The notes under the pieces are model-generated. The model was not told where the DNA came from. It did not search any database and saw only the letters and a list, made by a program, of their open reading frames with translations. The position numbers were made by a program, and so were the translations under genes. A DNA stretch of 64,000 nucleotides from the human T2T-CHM13v2.0 reference genome, Homo sapiens: NCBI RefSeq assembly GCF_009914755.1, contig NC_060940.1. One strand, given 5' to 3'. Shown here in pieces: positions 1 through 49,042 of the stretch (within the stretch, counting starts at the first letter, position 1; each line of letters opens with the position of its first letter).

Positions 1-105
1 CTGGGGGTGATGATAGCCCGGCCAGCACACACACGTGGCATCTTAGGCCATGGGCAGGGGTGGCAGGAAGGGGCAGCCTGGGCTCTGGGAGACTTGCCTG
101 TGTGA

Positions 106-2151
<2,046 letters not shown>

Positions 2152-2504
2152 GGCCTGACCACATGGCTCCCTCGCCTGCCCTGGGAGCACCGGCTCTGCT
2201 TACCTGTCTGCCCACCTGTCTGGAACAAGGGCCAGGTTAAGACCACATGCCTCATGTCCAAAGAGGTCTCAGACCTTGCACAATGCCAGAAGTTGGGCAG
2301 AGAGAGGCAGGGAGGCCAGTGAGGGCCAGGGAGTGAGTGTTAGAAGAAGCTGGGGCCCTTCGCCTGCTTTTGATTGGGAAGATGGGCTTCAATTAGATGG
2401 CGAAGGAGAGGACACCGCCAGTGGTCCAAAAAGGCTGCTCTCTTCCACCTGGCCCAGACCCTGTGGGGCAGCGGAGCTTCCCTGTGGCATGAACCCCACA
2501 GGGT

Positions 2505-2510
2505 ATTAAA
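2505..2510 (+). terminator. Poly(A) signal ATTAAA, CLEC18 copy 1
   Basis: ATTAAA ~350 nt after the stop codon; duplicated at 9394-9399. Confidence 0.7.
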
Positions 2511-2996
2511 TTATGAATCAGCTGAACCTGTGCATGCTCATTTCAAAGGGAAATTCAGATGATCCAGGATGACCCTGGAGAGACCAGAGGGGGCCTGAGG
2601 CTTCACTGCAGCGGCCTCCACCCACCTATTCCCTTTCCTGGTCACCTTCATGGTCCAGGACACTCTCTGGAAGTTCTGGGTCTCCCCAAGAAGAGGAAGA
2701 CCAGACTCTGCCTCAGTGAGGGGCAGTTCTCATGGCTGGGGCCCAGGCAGGCAGGGTATTAATAGAAGTTGCTCTGAATGTCTGGGAGACGACGCGTGTG
2801 TGTTGCCCCCACCGGCGGAGTGTCATCGCACCAGGGCCAATGGTAGTCAGAGCCTGTGCAGTCCCGCTCCCTCACCCAGCTCCTCAGACATCACCCACAA
2901 GGGGTTATCACTGTCCCAGTTTACAGCGGAAGAAATGAAGGCAGAGAGATTGAGTAACTTGCATAAGATCATACAGCTGGGAGTCAAACCCAGTGA

Positions 2997-3720
<724 letters not shown>

Positions 3721-3875
3721 TGGTGCAAGAAATGAATGGTTGTGGTCACCATGCAGTCACAAGGCCCTTGATGTTCCAGTCTTTTTTTGGCTACTCCCCT
3801 CCACCCATCAACAATCTCCCCTCATTTCAGGTACCTCCCCTCTCCATCCCCCTCTCAACTAAGAAAGCCTTCCTA

Positions 3876-4196
<321 letters not shown>

Positions 4197-4369
4197 GCCT
4201 TCCTGAACTATTCCCACCCATGCTTCTACCCCTGCCCAGGACAGCTGCTGCTCCTGAGCCGTCGAGGAGGTAAGGGAGCCCTCTGTTCGCCTGGATGATA
4301 GCGAAAGCTGTGTCCCCCTCCCCAGGGGTGGTTCACAATAGGGTTTCTGATCCCCTGTGTCTCCTGTAG

Positions 4370-4468
<99 letters not shown>

Positions 4469-4570
4469 TAAGCCCTGCTACACCCTCTGCTGGGATGTCT
4501 GGGAGACAGGGAGGGGTGCTTTCACCGAGGGTGAGATTCCCACACATCCACCCGAAAGTAGAGTCCCTGA

Positions 4571-9040
<4,470 letters not shown>

Positions 9041-9393
9041 GGCCTGACCACATGGCTCCCTCGCCTGCCCTGGGAGCACCGGCTCTGCTTACCTGTCTGC
9101 CCACCTGTCTGGAACAAGGGCCAGGTTAAGACCACATGCCTCATGTCCAAAGAGGTCTCAGACCTTGCACAATGCCAGAAGTTGGGCAGAGAGAGGCAGG
9201 GAGGCCAGTGAGGGCCAGGGAGTGAGTGTTAGAAGAAGCTGGGGCCCTTCGCCTGCTTTTGATTGGGAAGATGGGCTTCAATTAGATGGCGAAGGAGAGG
9301 ACACCGCCAGTGGTCCAAAAAGGCTGCTCTCTTCCACCTGGCCCAGACCCTGTGGGGCAGCGGAGCTTCCCTGTGGCATGAACCCCACAGGGT

Positions 9394-9399
9394 ATTAAA
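9394..9399 (+). terminator. Poly(A) signal ATTAAA, CLEC18 copy 2
   Basis: Duplicate of 2505-2510. Confidence 0.7.
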
Positions 9400-9487
9400 T
9401 TATGAATCAGCTGAACCTGTGCATGCTCATTTCAAAGGGAAATTCAGATGATCCAGGATGACCCTGGAGAGACCAGAGGGGGCCTGA

Positions 9488-11420
<1,933 letters not shown>

Positions 11421-11709
11421 AAGGCCTTGGCAAAGGAATCGTGATTATTGTGATACAAGATTCTGCACCTCAAAGGGGATCCCTGTAGTGAGTTTTGGAA
11501 AACGTACAAAGCCTGACTTACAATATGCCTGTTATCTGTGGCGTTTCATCTGGGGAACTTACTTTTCCTTGATAGGGTAAACTATTCTCATCCAGAGTAT
11601 GTCCCTCAGTCTGTAAAAGTCCATGGTGCCCTACATCTATTAGGGGAGTGAGGAAGGGCAGTGGACATTGGATCTGCTTCTTTGAAAGCCCCCACTTGTG
11701 TTTAGCTTC

Positions 11710-12494
<785 letters not shown>

Positions 12495-13596
12495 TGAGCC
12501 CAAGAGTTTGAGGTTGCAGTGAACCATGATCATAAGCTGTATTTCAGCGTGAGTGAGAGATTGAGACCTTGTCTCACAAAATAAAAGTTAAAAAGCCCTT
12601 ATCTGGAGGTGAGAAAGCCAAATACAAAGGTCTTCTCAGTTGGTTCCCAGTCTTCCCAGTCCAGCAGCCTCAGCATCACCAGGGAGCTGGTTAGGCAAAT
12701 TCTCGGCCGCCCCAACCTACTGAATTGGAGACCCTGAAGATGGGGCTATCTGAATTTTAACAAGGCCTCCAGGTTTGCATGCTCAAGATTGAGAACCACT
12801 GGCAAAAGCAAACAATTTGAATCTGAAGTCAGCCCACCTGCATTTGAATACAGGCCCTGCCACTTAATAACTGTGATTTAGAGCAAGTTAGTTACTTAAC
12901 AGCTAGGTTGACCAATTGTCCGAGTTTGCCTGGCACTATCCTGATTTCAGCACTGAAAGTACTACATTATCGCTGTGGCTCACGCCTATAATCCCAGCTT
13001 CTCAAGCTGTCCCTGTGGAATCCTCAATATCGGTACATTCATCCCTATCTAGCATCCCCTTCCTCCCTCACCCATCCTGCACCCTCAGAATTCATTCTCA
13101 GATCACCTTCCCAGATTTTTGCCAATATCAATTAAAAAAATTTTTTAGCCAACCATGTACTGTGAGTAAGCCAATATCAATTAGCAAAATCTTTAAGTTT
13201 CTTTTGGTGATTCAGTATCTTCCCCCTGGGGTTTTTTGATGATTCAGTACCCTCCTAGATTTGGCCCCTGGGGCCTGCGGGGATGTGACTTGTCATTTAA
13301 TTCTGGAGAAAATGAGGGGTAGGGCTTATAAGGAGACTCCTTCGGGGCAGGGTCATTACAGGGTGTGTTACATAGGGAAATGCTAGCTGCTGGCTAGCTC
13401 TCGCTCTTGAAAGGCTCTTCCTCCCTCAACTGAAATGGGGAAGGGGGAACCCCGGCCGACTGAGGTCCTGACATCTTTAGCACATGGCTTCTTAGGTCAC
13501 CCAGGGCATCCAGGTTACCAGCTTGGGAAACAGGAGATGTAGGTTGGAGGAAGAGGCTACAGCCCACCCTGGAAATAACTGCCATCCGTCCCACCC

Positions 13597-14278
<682 letters not shown>

Positions 14279-14498
14279 TAGAACACCTAACTGCCCGCAA
14301 GGGAGTTCCTGCTACTAGGATCTTCAGTGACAAAGAGGAAGCTTTGGCTGGCAAGGGTGGTGGGGAGGGGAGGGGCTAGGTACCTAAGGCTTCCCTATCT
14401 TTCCACACAGCCTAATTTTCATAGCCTCTGGTCTCCACATTTCACTCTTTCCCAAATAAAGACCTTTTAAGGTGTGGGTCCCCTTGGTCATTCTGTAA

Positions 14499-21590
<7,092 letters not shown>

Positions 21591-21730
21591 ATATTTTACA
21601 TAACCAACCACTTCTAAAGACTAAAAAAAACCCCTACAATTAAAAACCTCAGGTCCCTCAGGCAATCATACCAGATATTGAAACAAAGCAATAACATAAG
21701 GACTGCAGTATTTATTTTATTTTTATATTA

Positions 21731-21740
21731 TTTATTTATT
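21731..21740 (-). terminator. NPIP poly(A) signal(s) AATAAA
   Basis: Overlapping TTTATT on + strand ~70 nt beyond the NPIP stop. Confidence 0.65.
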
Positions 21741-21805
21741 CTTTGTTAGTTTGTTTTTGGAGTGTGGGTTTTGTTTTGTTTTTTGATTTTTTTCTTTTGT
21801 TCCAC

Positions 21806-36237
<14,432 letters not shown>

Positions 36238-37291
36238 CAGCAGGATGCGGAAGGTCCCGATAGTAAACCATCTCCATCACATCCATGTAGCCATCCGTCC
36301 ATCAACCTGTATCTCAGGAACAAATGTAGATACATTCATTTTAAGCATACATGGTACATTTGCAAAAATTAACCTGACTTATTTTGTTCCAGCAAATCTC
36401 AATATATTTGAGAGCAATCAAATCACACAGCATGTTTCTGATCATATAACTGTGCTAGAAGTCAATGATTAAAAGCTAATTCAAAATTATTATTTGCTTG
36501 GAAATTCAAAGTGCCCTTATAAGATATAAACATAAGAAAGAATCCAAAATGAAACAAGATTGCCTTTAAACTCAATGATAAGATCATAACATGGCAATAA
36601 AATGTCTCCCTCTGGCCTGGGAATTCCTCTTTGTGGCACAAGGTTGTGTGATCTCAAATCACCCCTAACCCACCTAGACATCTTAACATCCGAAACCGAG
36701 TGATGATGTCCTTATCTATATCATCTTACTGCCCGTGTGTGTGGACTTTAAATTCTGAACCCAAATGAGGGGGAGAAAACCAAGTTGACTTTCATGACTG
36801 ACCTCTCAGGGACGTCCAAGGAATCTGTGCATTTCAAGAAACAAAGTTCATCAGCTTCTCTCCTAAGGTATTCGCCCACAATACCCAGAGGGCTTGGCAG
36901 CATCATGTGTGATGGGTGGGGAGCTCCAAGCAGGTGGGTAGGACCCAGGGGCCTGGTGACCAGGACGGACCCCCACTGTCCATCACCTTTCCTGGCCCTG
37001 TCCTCAGCTAAACTTCCCACAGGCCTTCTGCCCGATCACACAGAGTGTGCCCAAACTCACTCAGGCCTCTGGCGGCTGAAAACCACTGCTTTAAATCCCT
37101 TTACATTTACTATCACATAAGGTTATTGTAAATGAGAAATATTCTATTGATGCCACAAATGGAAAGCCAATGCCTTTACCATAAATAGAAAAACAACCCT
37201 AAGAAACAAGCAAAACAAAAACAAAACGGGCTGGGTGTGGTGGCTCACGCCTGTAATCCCACCACTGTGGGAGGCCGAGGTGGGTGGATCA

Positions 37292-37521
<230 letters not shown>

Positions 37522-37629
37522 CTACAAACAAACAAACAAAAAACGGGGTGAACAAAACTATGGAATTCAATTCTATTTGTATGCTGCAGCCATGTTCCAG
37601 CCCTAGATTTGGCTGGGCATGGTGGCTCA

Positions 37630-37981
<352 letters not shown>

Positions 37982-39239
37982 TCAGATTAGACCAAAAGTG
38001 AATGGCAGAGAGTGCCATAATGTCCATGAAGGGTTGCTAGAGTCACCGCGATCATAGCCCAAGCAGAGACAGAGAAAGGAAGATGTGAGCAGAGTTTGGG
38101 GCCTCAAACAATGGAGGTTATTCGTGCAGCCCAGGAAAGGCTCCCCAAAGCCAGGATCAACCTCCCTTGCAGGCGGTCCCCCTCATGGAGGCATGGCCAG
38201 GCACCTTAGATTTGAGACCAGCTGCGTTGCTGCTGACCAGCTGTGTGACCCTGGGCTGGTTTCCTTCCATACAATGGGAGAGCCAACGGCTGCATGCATG
38301 CAAAGACCGTCTGAGGATAGGAGGAAGCAATCTGTTGAGCACCCGTGTACCTGAGTGTCATCACCTCCCAAGGGCATCCTTCGTTCCAGAGCTGGCACCT
38401 TGGAAGGCCCTTAGTCACTGAAGGCAGTGATGATGGTAACAGCAGTAAATCATCATTTACGGCTGATGAGGGAAGGCCAGGGGTAGGGCTCCTAGGTCCT
38501 GGATAAGAATGAGGGTCTGGGCACTCCTGGGGACAGCTGAGTGGTAGGACTCCTGGGTCCCCAGGGGGCAGGTCCATCTTCAGTGGCATTGGGCCTTGGC
38601 TGGGATGCTGAGTTATCCACTGGAGCATCGGCAGTACAGGCAGGCACAGAGGCAGTGGATCCATCGGAGGTGGCAGGTGTAGGATCGTCTGGTGAGCAAG
38701 TAGAGTCACCAAGTCTGGCTGACCACTACCCCCACTACCCCCACTATCCCCACAGACGATGCCCTGTCCCTTGCCTCATGCTCCGGCAGGGTACAGGCTC
38801 GCACCTGGGGCCTCATGGAGCATCTCTCTAAGACCTCTGTGTCCTGGTCATTGAATGGGCACTTGAGTCACCCAGGGCCATTGGAACAAAGAGGAAGAAT
38901 CAGGCCCCACGATGTTTTGGGAGAGTGTTTAGCACAGGAAAATGCACAGAATACATGCACGACACAGGGGCACTGTCAGTGTGGGAGCAATAGTTTACAA
39001 CCTCCAGCCCTAATCTGAGCACTCTCACCTGTGCAATCTGAAAGGAACAGGAGACTTGCAGGAAAGACAGTGCCTGGACTTCACTTAAAGGAACTAAACT
39101 GTTGGAATTTGTACTCTTGATATCCTTCCAAATCAACTCTCTCAATGTTCCCATCCTCAAAACTATCATATGGGGTAACTGAGGCAGTCAGAGATTTACT
39201 GACTCAATGTCACTCAGTTGATTCTGAGTTCACTGCTGA

Positions 39240-39326
39240 TTACATCTGACCAAACTGCTTTTTCTGAAGTCTACTCTGTTTCATCATGCTGGTGATGATT
39301 TTGTGCAGCTCTGGGACAAACTCCAC
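39240..39326 (-). pseudogene. ACSM1: Remnant of ACSM1-like terminal exon
   Basis: ccag|VEFVPELHKIITSMMKQSRLQKKQFGQM* resembles recalled ACSM1 C-terminus [28 protein letters not shown]. Confidence 0.75.
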
Positions 39327-40547
39327 CTGGCTGAGGATAAAGCAAATCTGCGGTGACTTAGTCCTCCTGTCATTTCCCATCAGTTCCCCACTCTCCTCCT
39401 CTGCCCCTCCACAGTCTCCCATGCAGGCTGACACCATCTGACGGCCTTAATGGAGTCCACCGAGTATTTCAGGTTCTCTCCTGGGCCACTTGAAAGTGGA
39501 TGTACCCATGGGATTTGCTTTGACCCAGGAGATGTGAGTGGAAGTGAAGCGTGTCACCTCGAGGCAAAAGAGTTGGGAGCCATTGAGACTGGCCACCCTC
39601 TCCTTCATCTTTTAGAGCAGCTGACAGCTCCCATATGGAGGCTGCTCCTTTATTCTCGTGGCAGGATGAGGGCATGTGGGGCACAGGGCACAGGAGAGCC
39701 ATGGAGGATGTGCAGCATGGGCAGGAAAAGAGCCTTCAGTGGTGTACATTTCCATCGTTTGAGGCTGTTTCTTACCTACAGTGATACCTAGCCCATCCTA
39801 GCAGGCATGCACCATCTACCCCACACTCTGTGATGCAGACTAGCCTGCCGTCAGAACATGAACTGGTGGTCAGACACACGTAGGTTTCAGTTCCAGCTCT
39901 GCCTCTTATTGACTGCAACCTCAGGCTTAACTTTCAGTCTCTGAGCCTCAGTTTCAACTCTGTAAAATGAGGTGGCTATACCATCTCAGGTTGCAGAGAG
40001 AATTAAATGAAATATAAGTGCATATAGAGCATTGAACCCAGGGCCTGGCACACACAGTGAGTACACAATGTTAGCCATGTAGCTTCATAATGCATACTGA
40101 TTGTCAATATTCAGACAATGCAGTAAAGTATTACCAAAAATAAAAGTAAACTTATTTGCATATGTATTCTTTCAATCTTTATTTTTAAACAGGGTAAAAC
40201 TATGCATATTCTTTCATAGCCAGTGTTTTTCCCTTCATAGTATATTGTTAAAATAATTTTATCTTGGACCGGGTGCAGTGGCTCACACCTATAGTCCCAG
40301 CACTTTGGGAGGCCGCAGTGGGCAGATCACGAGGTCAGGAGTTGACACGAGCCTGGCCAATATGGTGAAACCCCATCTCTACTAAGAATACAAAAGTTAG
40401 CTGGGCATGATGGCGCACACCTGTAGTCCCAGCTACTCAGAGGCTGAGGCAGAGGAATCGCTTGAACCCGGGAGACGGAGGTTGCAGTGAGCCAAGATTG
40501 TGCCATTGCACTCCAGCCTGGGCGACAGAGTGAAACTCTGTCTCAAA

Positions 40548-40550
<3 letters not shown>

Positions 40551-40590
<40 letters not shown>
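40551..40590. repeat. (TG)n microsatellite
   Basis: Perfect TG run after an Alu. Confidence 0.95.
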
Positions 40591-40593
<3 letters not shown>

Positions 40594-40906
40594 CTATATA
40601 CATCTCAAAAATAAAAGATCATTTTTGAGATTATCATTTTAAAAGACAAGATAATGTTCAACTTAATGACTAATTTAATTATTACTATTGGACTTTTTGT
40701 AGACTGCACAGAGCATTCAAAACAAATGAAGGAGAATAAAAAATATGTATTACATGTTGTAAAATAAATGTGATGTGGTTAATTCTTTTATTCAAAATTA
40801 TAGAACATATATACGTACTATAGAATGTATTTCTTATTATAAGTCATGTTAAAAAGTAGTTTAGAAGCTGTTGATTTGAATTTCCTTTTCAAATTTTGCA
40901 GGATAA

Positions 40907-41143
<237 letters not shown>

Positions 41144-41511
41144 TGATCCACCAGCCTCAGCCTCCCAAAATGCTGGGATTACAGGCATGAGTCACCATGC
41201 CCAGCCTAAACTTGGCAAGATAATAAATAACCTTTTTAAGTGTCGTTGGGCACTTGTCTGGTTGTTTTTCTTTAGGTTACCATGCCAGCAATGATTCCTT
41301 TTGAGTTTCTGACAGAAGATAGTGGTTTTCATCCAAATAAGTCAACTACTCTACCCCATCCCTAAGCCACTTGTATGGAAAGAAAAAGAGGAAGAATCCA
41401 GTACTGTGACTGCGTAAGCTTCCCCCAGCATCACCCGCTGTGAGATGTGTGGCAGCTGAGACCCGGGAACTGCTCAAGGGCACCAGGCCCCATCTGTCTG
41501 CACTCACTCAC

Positions 41512-41631
41512 CTTCCTCAGGTACTCGCATGGGCATGTCACTGACTTTACGTGCTGCTGCAGCTCCTTGGTGAGCGGGCCCTGGTCATGGGACAGGAACT
41601 GTGGGGTCAGGACGATAGAGAGCTTCACCAT
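41512..41631 (-). CDS. NPIP alternative first coding exon (MVKL), derived from the ACSM1 penultimate exon; gives a 311-aa ORF
   Basis: [40 protein letters not shown]|gtgagt, phase 0; similar to ACSM1 [40 protein letters not shown]. Confidence 0.8.
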
Positions 41632-44600
41632 TTGCAGAATGAAAACAGGGGCTCATCATGAGTGCCAACCTATTAGACAATTAAAAAAAAAAAGTGTTGA
41701 ATGAGTGGAAAAACAAGGTGATGTTTGAGTCTATAGTGGTCAAGGGCTTCAGAAAAGGACAGAACCAAGTTCAAATTCCTGTACTTTGAATTTCTACTTC
41801 ATGCCATGCAAAATTACTTTACCCCTTTTCACCTCAGTTTTCTTCTGTGTGAAACAGGAACAATAGTTTCATTCCTCATTCAGTTTCTCTCAAGGTTTCA
41901 CGAGATCATACCTACAAAACATCCAAGTCATTTAAATGTATCATCATTTCTGTCATAATTAGTGGCATCCATTTCACTATTATTGGATATACAGTTCTGT
42001 GCCTGAAACCTACAAAAAAAGAAAATGTTAAGTCTGAAAAGCATTAGTGATTTCTCACTTTTATATTATTAATTATAACCCTATTTAATCACACAAGGCC
42101 TTGTCCGTGGCAGGTGCTCAATAAACACTTGTCGAATCAATGCATGTGGGCTCCGGAGCCACACTGTTTAGATTCTATTCTGCCTCCACCACTTATCAGC
42201 TGTGTGATCTGGGTAAGATAATTCACCTCTTTATGTCTGCACTTCCCTCTCCATAAACTATATATAATGAGAATCCTTAGCTCATTCGGTTGTGGTGAGG
42301 GGTGAATGATTTGGCACACAGGAGGGGCTTGTTAACATTAGCTGTGATGATCTCCTTCCAAATCTTCATTTTCAGAGCCACAGATGAGGCCACAGTGCAA
42401 CCAGGTGACCTTAGAGTGTAAGTACACATGATCGCCAGCTATGCTCTATCTCCACCATAGGTCCAAGACTGGGTAGTTCCGGCCTGGAGGTTTCTGCTGC
42501 ATCTGCCTTCTCAGTGTTCACCTAAGGACTTTTGTATTTTCCTCCTCACATCCCCACAGATGGGGTTCAGGCTGCCGGACACAGCTGGGTGATGCCAGGG
42601 CAGTGGTCACCTGTGCCAGCCCCGTGAGGTAGCTGGAGGATCATTGTTCCTTCCTTCTCGGGCTCTGGGCAGATGCCAGGGCTGGGGTGACCCATGCCCT
42701 CAAGTTTCTTGCTTTGGTGGGCCACATTTTCCCTTGGCAAAGAGGGTAAAGGTCACAGGATGCTGGAGAGCTGTGACTTCTCTGTGCCCCGGGCCCAAAC
42801 TATGAAGACCTGACACACTATGCTAAAAGTCCAAGGCTGGGTGCCCCCCAGAGCTTCTTGCCTCACCGCTTCTGCTGAGGGAGGAATGAATACTATGTCC
42901 TCCCAGAGCTTTGGGAGCTTGTAGCAAGCAGCCTCCCCAGCGCAAAATCTCTTGGAAACCTCTAACTGTGTCTGAAACATTAGTGCAAATGTTGCATCCT
43001 ATTTCCCATATGTCCGCATGTTTTAGGAAAAAACCCTCAATTTCCTAAATATGCAAGAAAAATCGGTATTGTAGGACAATGTGACTTTTTAAAAAATGTT
43101 ATTTAAAAATCTTCCCCACCTCCTTTTCTGCCCTCCAAGACTGCCAAATACTTGTTGAACAAATATTATTAAATGCCTACTACGTGCCAGCCATGATTCA
43201 TGGTCTTGGGGACACAGCAGAGAACGAACTGACAGGATTCCTCTCTTATGTAACTCACATTCTTATATGATAATGATAAGGGTTAACATTAATTAAGCTG
43301 TCACTACGTGTTAGTCACGGTGCAGTCATTCCCACACATTATTACACTTAAACCTGCTAGCAAGCTTGCAAGGTAGTTAGTTGTTTTTCCTTTAAAAACT
43401 GAGTCTCAGAATGATGAAGCACTCTGTCCAATGTCACACAGCTAGTCAATGTGGAGACCTTGCATCCAATCCATGCCCATCTCATTCTAAACACCAAGTT
43501 ATGTGTTCTCCAGCCCATGGAGAATAATTTTAACAGTCAATGAAATTTCTACACAACAATGTTCTCGTCTCAAGTCCAAGAATGCCTCCTACACCTCCCA
43601 TAATACTGGCTTTCTGATGAGTAAAGATGCCATTCTCATGTGTAATCAGGTGGCAAATGGAGATATGACCAAAGTAACCATTTGCCTACACTCATAACCC
43701 TGTACACACTCTTCCTGTGTCGACTCAATTCAAGTACCCCTTTTGATCACTTAGCAAATCTGACCTTTAAAAGGGTTAAGGTTTTTATATCCATGTAAGT
43801 TTCTGTATTGCTTTGGAAGTCTCTGGTTAAATGAATACCCTTTTAATAGTGACCTGTGATTCTGTTTTGATCAAGTGTTTTCAAACTTGACATCTTTGAT
43901 GGGTTTCTCCAGTGTCAAAATCCTAAATCAGGTCTTTTTGGCTTAAAATTAACTTTGGGATTTTTCAGCTGCGTCCCTTGGGGAGTCTAAAGAATGTATC
44001 TCTCATCTTGTAGCGGTATTAAGTGATTCGATTTATTTGGTAGATTTTATGGGCGGGCATTGTCAAATGTGGTGATACTGCATGGGAGGGCACTGTCAAG
44101 TGAGGTGACATTAGATCTCATCTCAGTTATATTTATGGGTATGTTGTTGATATACACGTTCCAAAAATCACATACATTTATACAAATTTAATATGTTATG
44201 ATTTGTAATTTTGATAGTTATGCTAAATATTTGTTAAAGTTATATTTGTATAAACATGTTATGAATGGCTGGGCACCGTCACTCATGCCTGTAATCCCAG
44301 CACTTTGGGAGACAAAGGCAGGTGGATCACCTGAGGTTGGGAGTTCGAGACCAGCCTGACTAATAGGGTGAAACCCTGTCTCCACTAAAAATACAAAAAT
44401 TCGCCATGCCTGGTGGCACACGCCTGTAGTCTCAGCTACTCGGGAGGCTGAGACAGGAGAATTGCTTGAACACAGGAGGTGGAGGATGCAGTGAGTCGAG
44501 ATCATGCCACTGCACTCCCACCTGGGCGACAGAGGTAGAATCTATCTAAAAAAAAAGTTATTATTTCTGAAGATTATATGAAATTTATAAAAGTCTGATG

Positions 44601-44838
44601 GTCCTGATGTGATGCTGTCAGTTATGATTCTGATTACTGTCTTAAAATGCTGCAGATAAGTAATTAAATTTCCTTGTGAACTGGGAAGTTTCATCAGACT
44701 TTTATCATAACTATTGTTTCCATCATCCACAGTTACTGTTTTGATTTCTTCTCTAAAACTATTTGTAATTGGCAATAGTCCAAATTTTCTTTTGTTTTCT
44801 TTCCTGTTTTTGAGACACAGTCTGGCTCTGTCGCCTAA

Positions 44839-44973
<135 letters not shown>

Positions 44974-45224
44974 TAGTAGAGACGGGGTTTCACTGTGTTA
45001 GCCAGGATGGTCTCAATCTCCTGACCTCGTGATCTGCCCGCCTCAGCCTCCCAAAGTGCTGGGATTACAGATGTGAGCCACCGCGCCCGGCTTAATTTTT
45101 GCATTTTCAGTAGATAGGAGGTTTCACCATGTTGGCCAGGATGGTCTCAATCTACTGACCTTGTAATCCGCCTGCCTCGGCCTCTCAAAGTGCTGGGATC
45201 ATAGGCGTGAGCCACTGCAACTGA

Positions 45225-45377
<153 letters not shown>

Positions 45378-46098
45378 TGAGTCCCACCGTGCCCGGCTCA
45401 TTTTTGTATTTTTAGTAGAGACGGCGTTTCATCATGTTGGCCAGGCTGGTGTCATATCCTGGCCTCAACTGATCCACTCTCATTGGCCTTCCAAGGTGCT
45501 GGGATTATAGGCGTGAGCCACCACAACTGGCTCAGTAAGTACGTTTTTTATTATCAAAAAAGAGTAGTGTATGATTGGCGTATTCTGTGTAGAATGTATT
45601 TTATTGATGTCTCCTATTTTTATGATTTCTGAGTTAAGTACTTTTTAATTAATGCTTTTTAGTTTTGGGCAGATTCAGTTGACTAAAGCACCTCATTTCC
45701 CAGATACATGAAATAAAATATTTGGCTTCTTTTCCAATTTCACACTGATGTTATTTTGTGAAAATCAGTGCTTTAAGATAAATCTTTATACTTTAAGGTG
45801 AACATGAGAAACTTGATCTAATATTTAATATTTATTCAGTTCTACACTTTATTAACTTCTACACCAGCAGATTTAAAAATTATGTAACTATCTCAAGAAG
45901 TTTCACTTGGGTGTAATGGTTCACGCTTGTAATCCCAGCACTTTGGGAGGCTGAGGTGGGAGGATTGCTTAAGGCAAGGAGTCTGAGACCAGCCTGGGCA
46001 ATACAGCAAGATCCCATCTCTATTTTAAAGAAAAGTTTCACTTTGGGAGGCCAAGGCGGGCGGATCACAAGGTCAGGAGATCGAGACCATCCTGGCTA

Positions 46099-46323
<225 letters not shown>

Positions 46324-46561
46324 CTAAGAATTCCACCAGAGTTCTGTTGTCTCCAATGTCATCTTCCACAGATTTCAAGTTGTGAAGCCCTGAACTGTTA
46401 ATTTATCTTGAGAATGTATATTTGAGCTTAAGACTATATACCTAAAAATTGAGCATATAATTTCTATAATTTGTTTATGTAAGTTTCTGTAAGTCATAAG
46501 TATGTGGTTTCCAAGTGTATAATTTATCTGAATGTAATAGGCATTAATATATTTTACATTA

Positions 46562-46879
<318 letters not shown>

Positions 46880-46962
46880 CTAGGCAACATGGCAAGAGCC
46901 TGTCTCTCCAAAACCTACGAAAATTAGCCAAGCATGGTGGTGTGAGCCTGTAGTCCCAGCTA

Positions 46963-47271
<309 letters not shown>

Positions 47272-47634
47272 TCAGGTGGCTGAGACAGGAGAATCGCTTG
47301 AACCTGGGAGGCATACGTTGTAGTGAGCCGATTAAAAAGTATTAGAGTCCTAACAGAGGAAAGTTTCCACTGACCACCTTTTAGCTTTAAATAATGCAGA
47401 AGCATTTGCCCAGTTTACTTGTAATTAAAAATCATGCATCATTCACAATTTATCAGTCTTTTTTGTTTGTACAAAAACTAATATAAGTTATTCTCTTTTG
47501 TCTGTATTGTGACTGGTTTGGTGAGAGGGAATTAGGCCACTCGAGAGTTTGTGTGTGTTTAAAATTTTCTGGCCAGGCACGGTGGCTCATGCCTGTAATC
47601 CCAGCACATTCGGAGGCTGAGTCAGGGGGTATCA

Positions 47635-47928
<294 letters not shown>

Positions 47929-48678
47929 TTAAACTGGTTAATGCGGAAAGGAAGTCTGGAAATTCCAGTTTTAAAGTAAAATTTTGGACATTGTAGGATT
48001 GATCATTTGGCATAGTTGTGATGTTTGTTGCTGCATTACGGTTTTGTTGGCAGGGCAGCCTTTAAGGACCGGTCTATTTTCTTCAAGACTCTATATATTC
48101 CCCGTCAGTATTAGTTGCATGGTCAAACTGGCAAATTTTACCATAGGTATAAATAATAGAGAATGTGGAAGAATAGTGAATAGTGTCAGAGATAGTTAAA
48201 GGTCCATACAGAAGTTGAGAAGGTAATAAGTAATAGTGGCTTGGACTAAATATTTGTTGAATAAATTTTTTAAAAAACAGGCTACCTACAATTTGTGTTG
48301 AAGATATGAGTGAATGAAGTTTCCACACCCTTATGTGGAGTCCTGCTAAGTAAGCAACAATAAGGAAGGGTCCCCAGGTTGGGGAGAGCCCCAAGTTGAG
48401 GAGAATAATGAACAATTATTGTATGAACAATTGTTAGAGACAGCTAATCACAAACAACCTGCGGGCACAATGACCTCATTCCACACGTAGCACCCTTCAG
48501 CAGGACCCTATAAAACTTTCCTCCAGCCCTTGCCTCTTTGCAGGTAGCCCCTTCTCTGCTGAGCTGCCCATTGCAACATATTTTCATAATTTCTCTAATA
48601 AATCTGCCCTTCTTTACCTACAACTATCTTGGTAAATGGCTTTACCACCTGCAAAACCGACCCTAGGTAGTTGCTACC

Positions 48679-49042
48679 TGATATGGTTTGGCTGCGCCCC
48701 CACCCAAATTTCATCTTGAATTGTAGCTCCCATCATCCCCATGTGTCGTGGGAGGGACCCGGTAGGAGGTAATCGAATCATGGGGGCAGGTTTTTCCCAT
48801 ACTGTTCTCGTGACAGTGAATACATTTCACTAAATCTGGTGGTTTAATAAAGGGCAGTTTCCCTGCACGTGCTCTCTTGCCTGCTGCCATGTAAGACGTA
48901 CCTTTGCTCCTTCTTTGCCTTCCACCATGATTCTGAGGCCTCCCCAGCCTTGTGGAACTGTGAGTACATTAAACCTCTTTTTCTTTATAAATTACCCAGT
49001 CTCAAGTATTTCTTCATAGCAGTATGAAAAGTAACTAATATA
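48679..49042. mobile_element. THE1 solo LTR
   Basis: TGATATGGTTTGGCTG...ACTAATA termini with 5-bp TSD CTACC. Confidence 0.85.
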
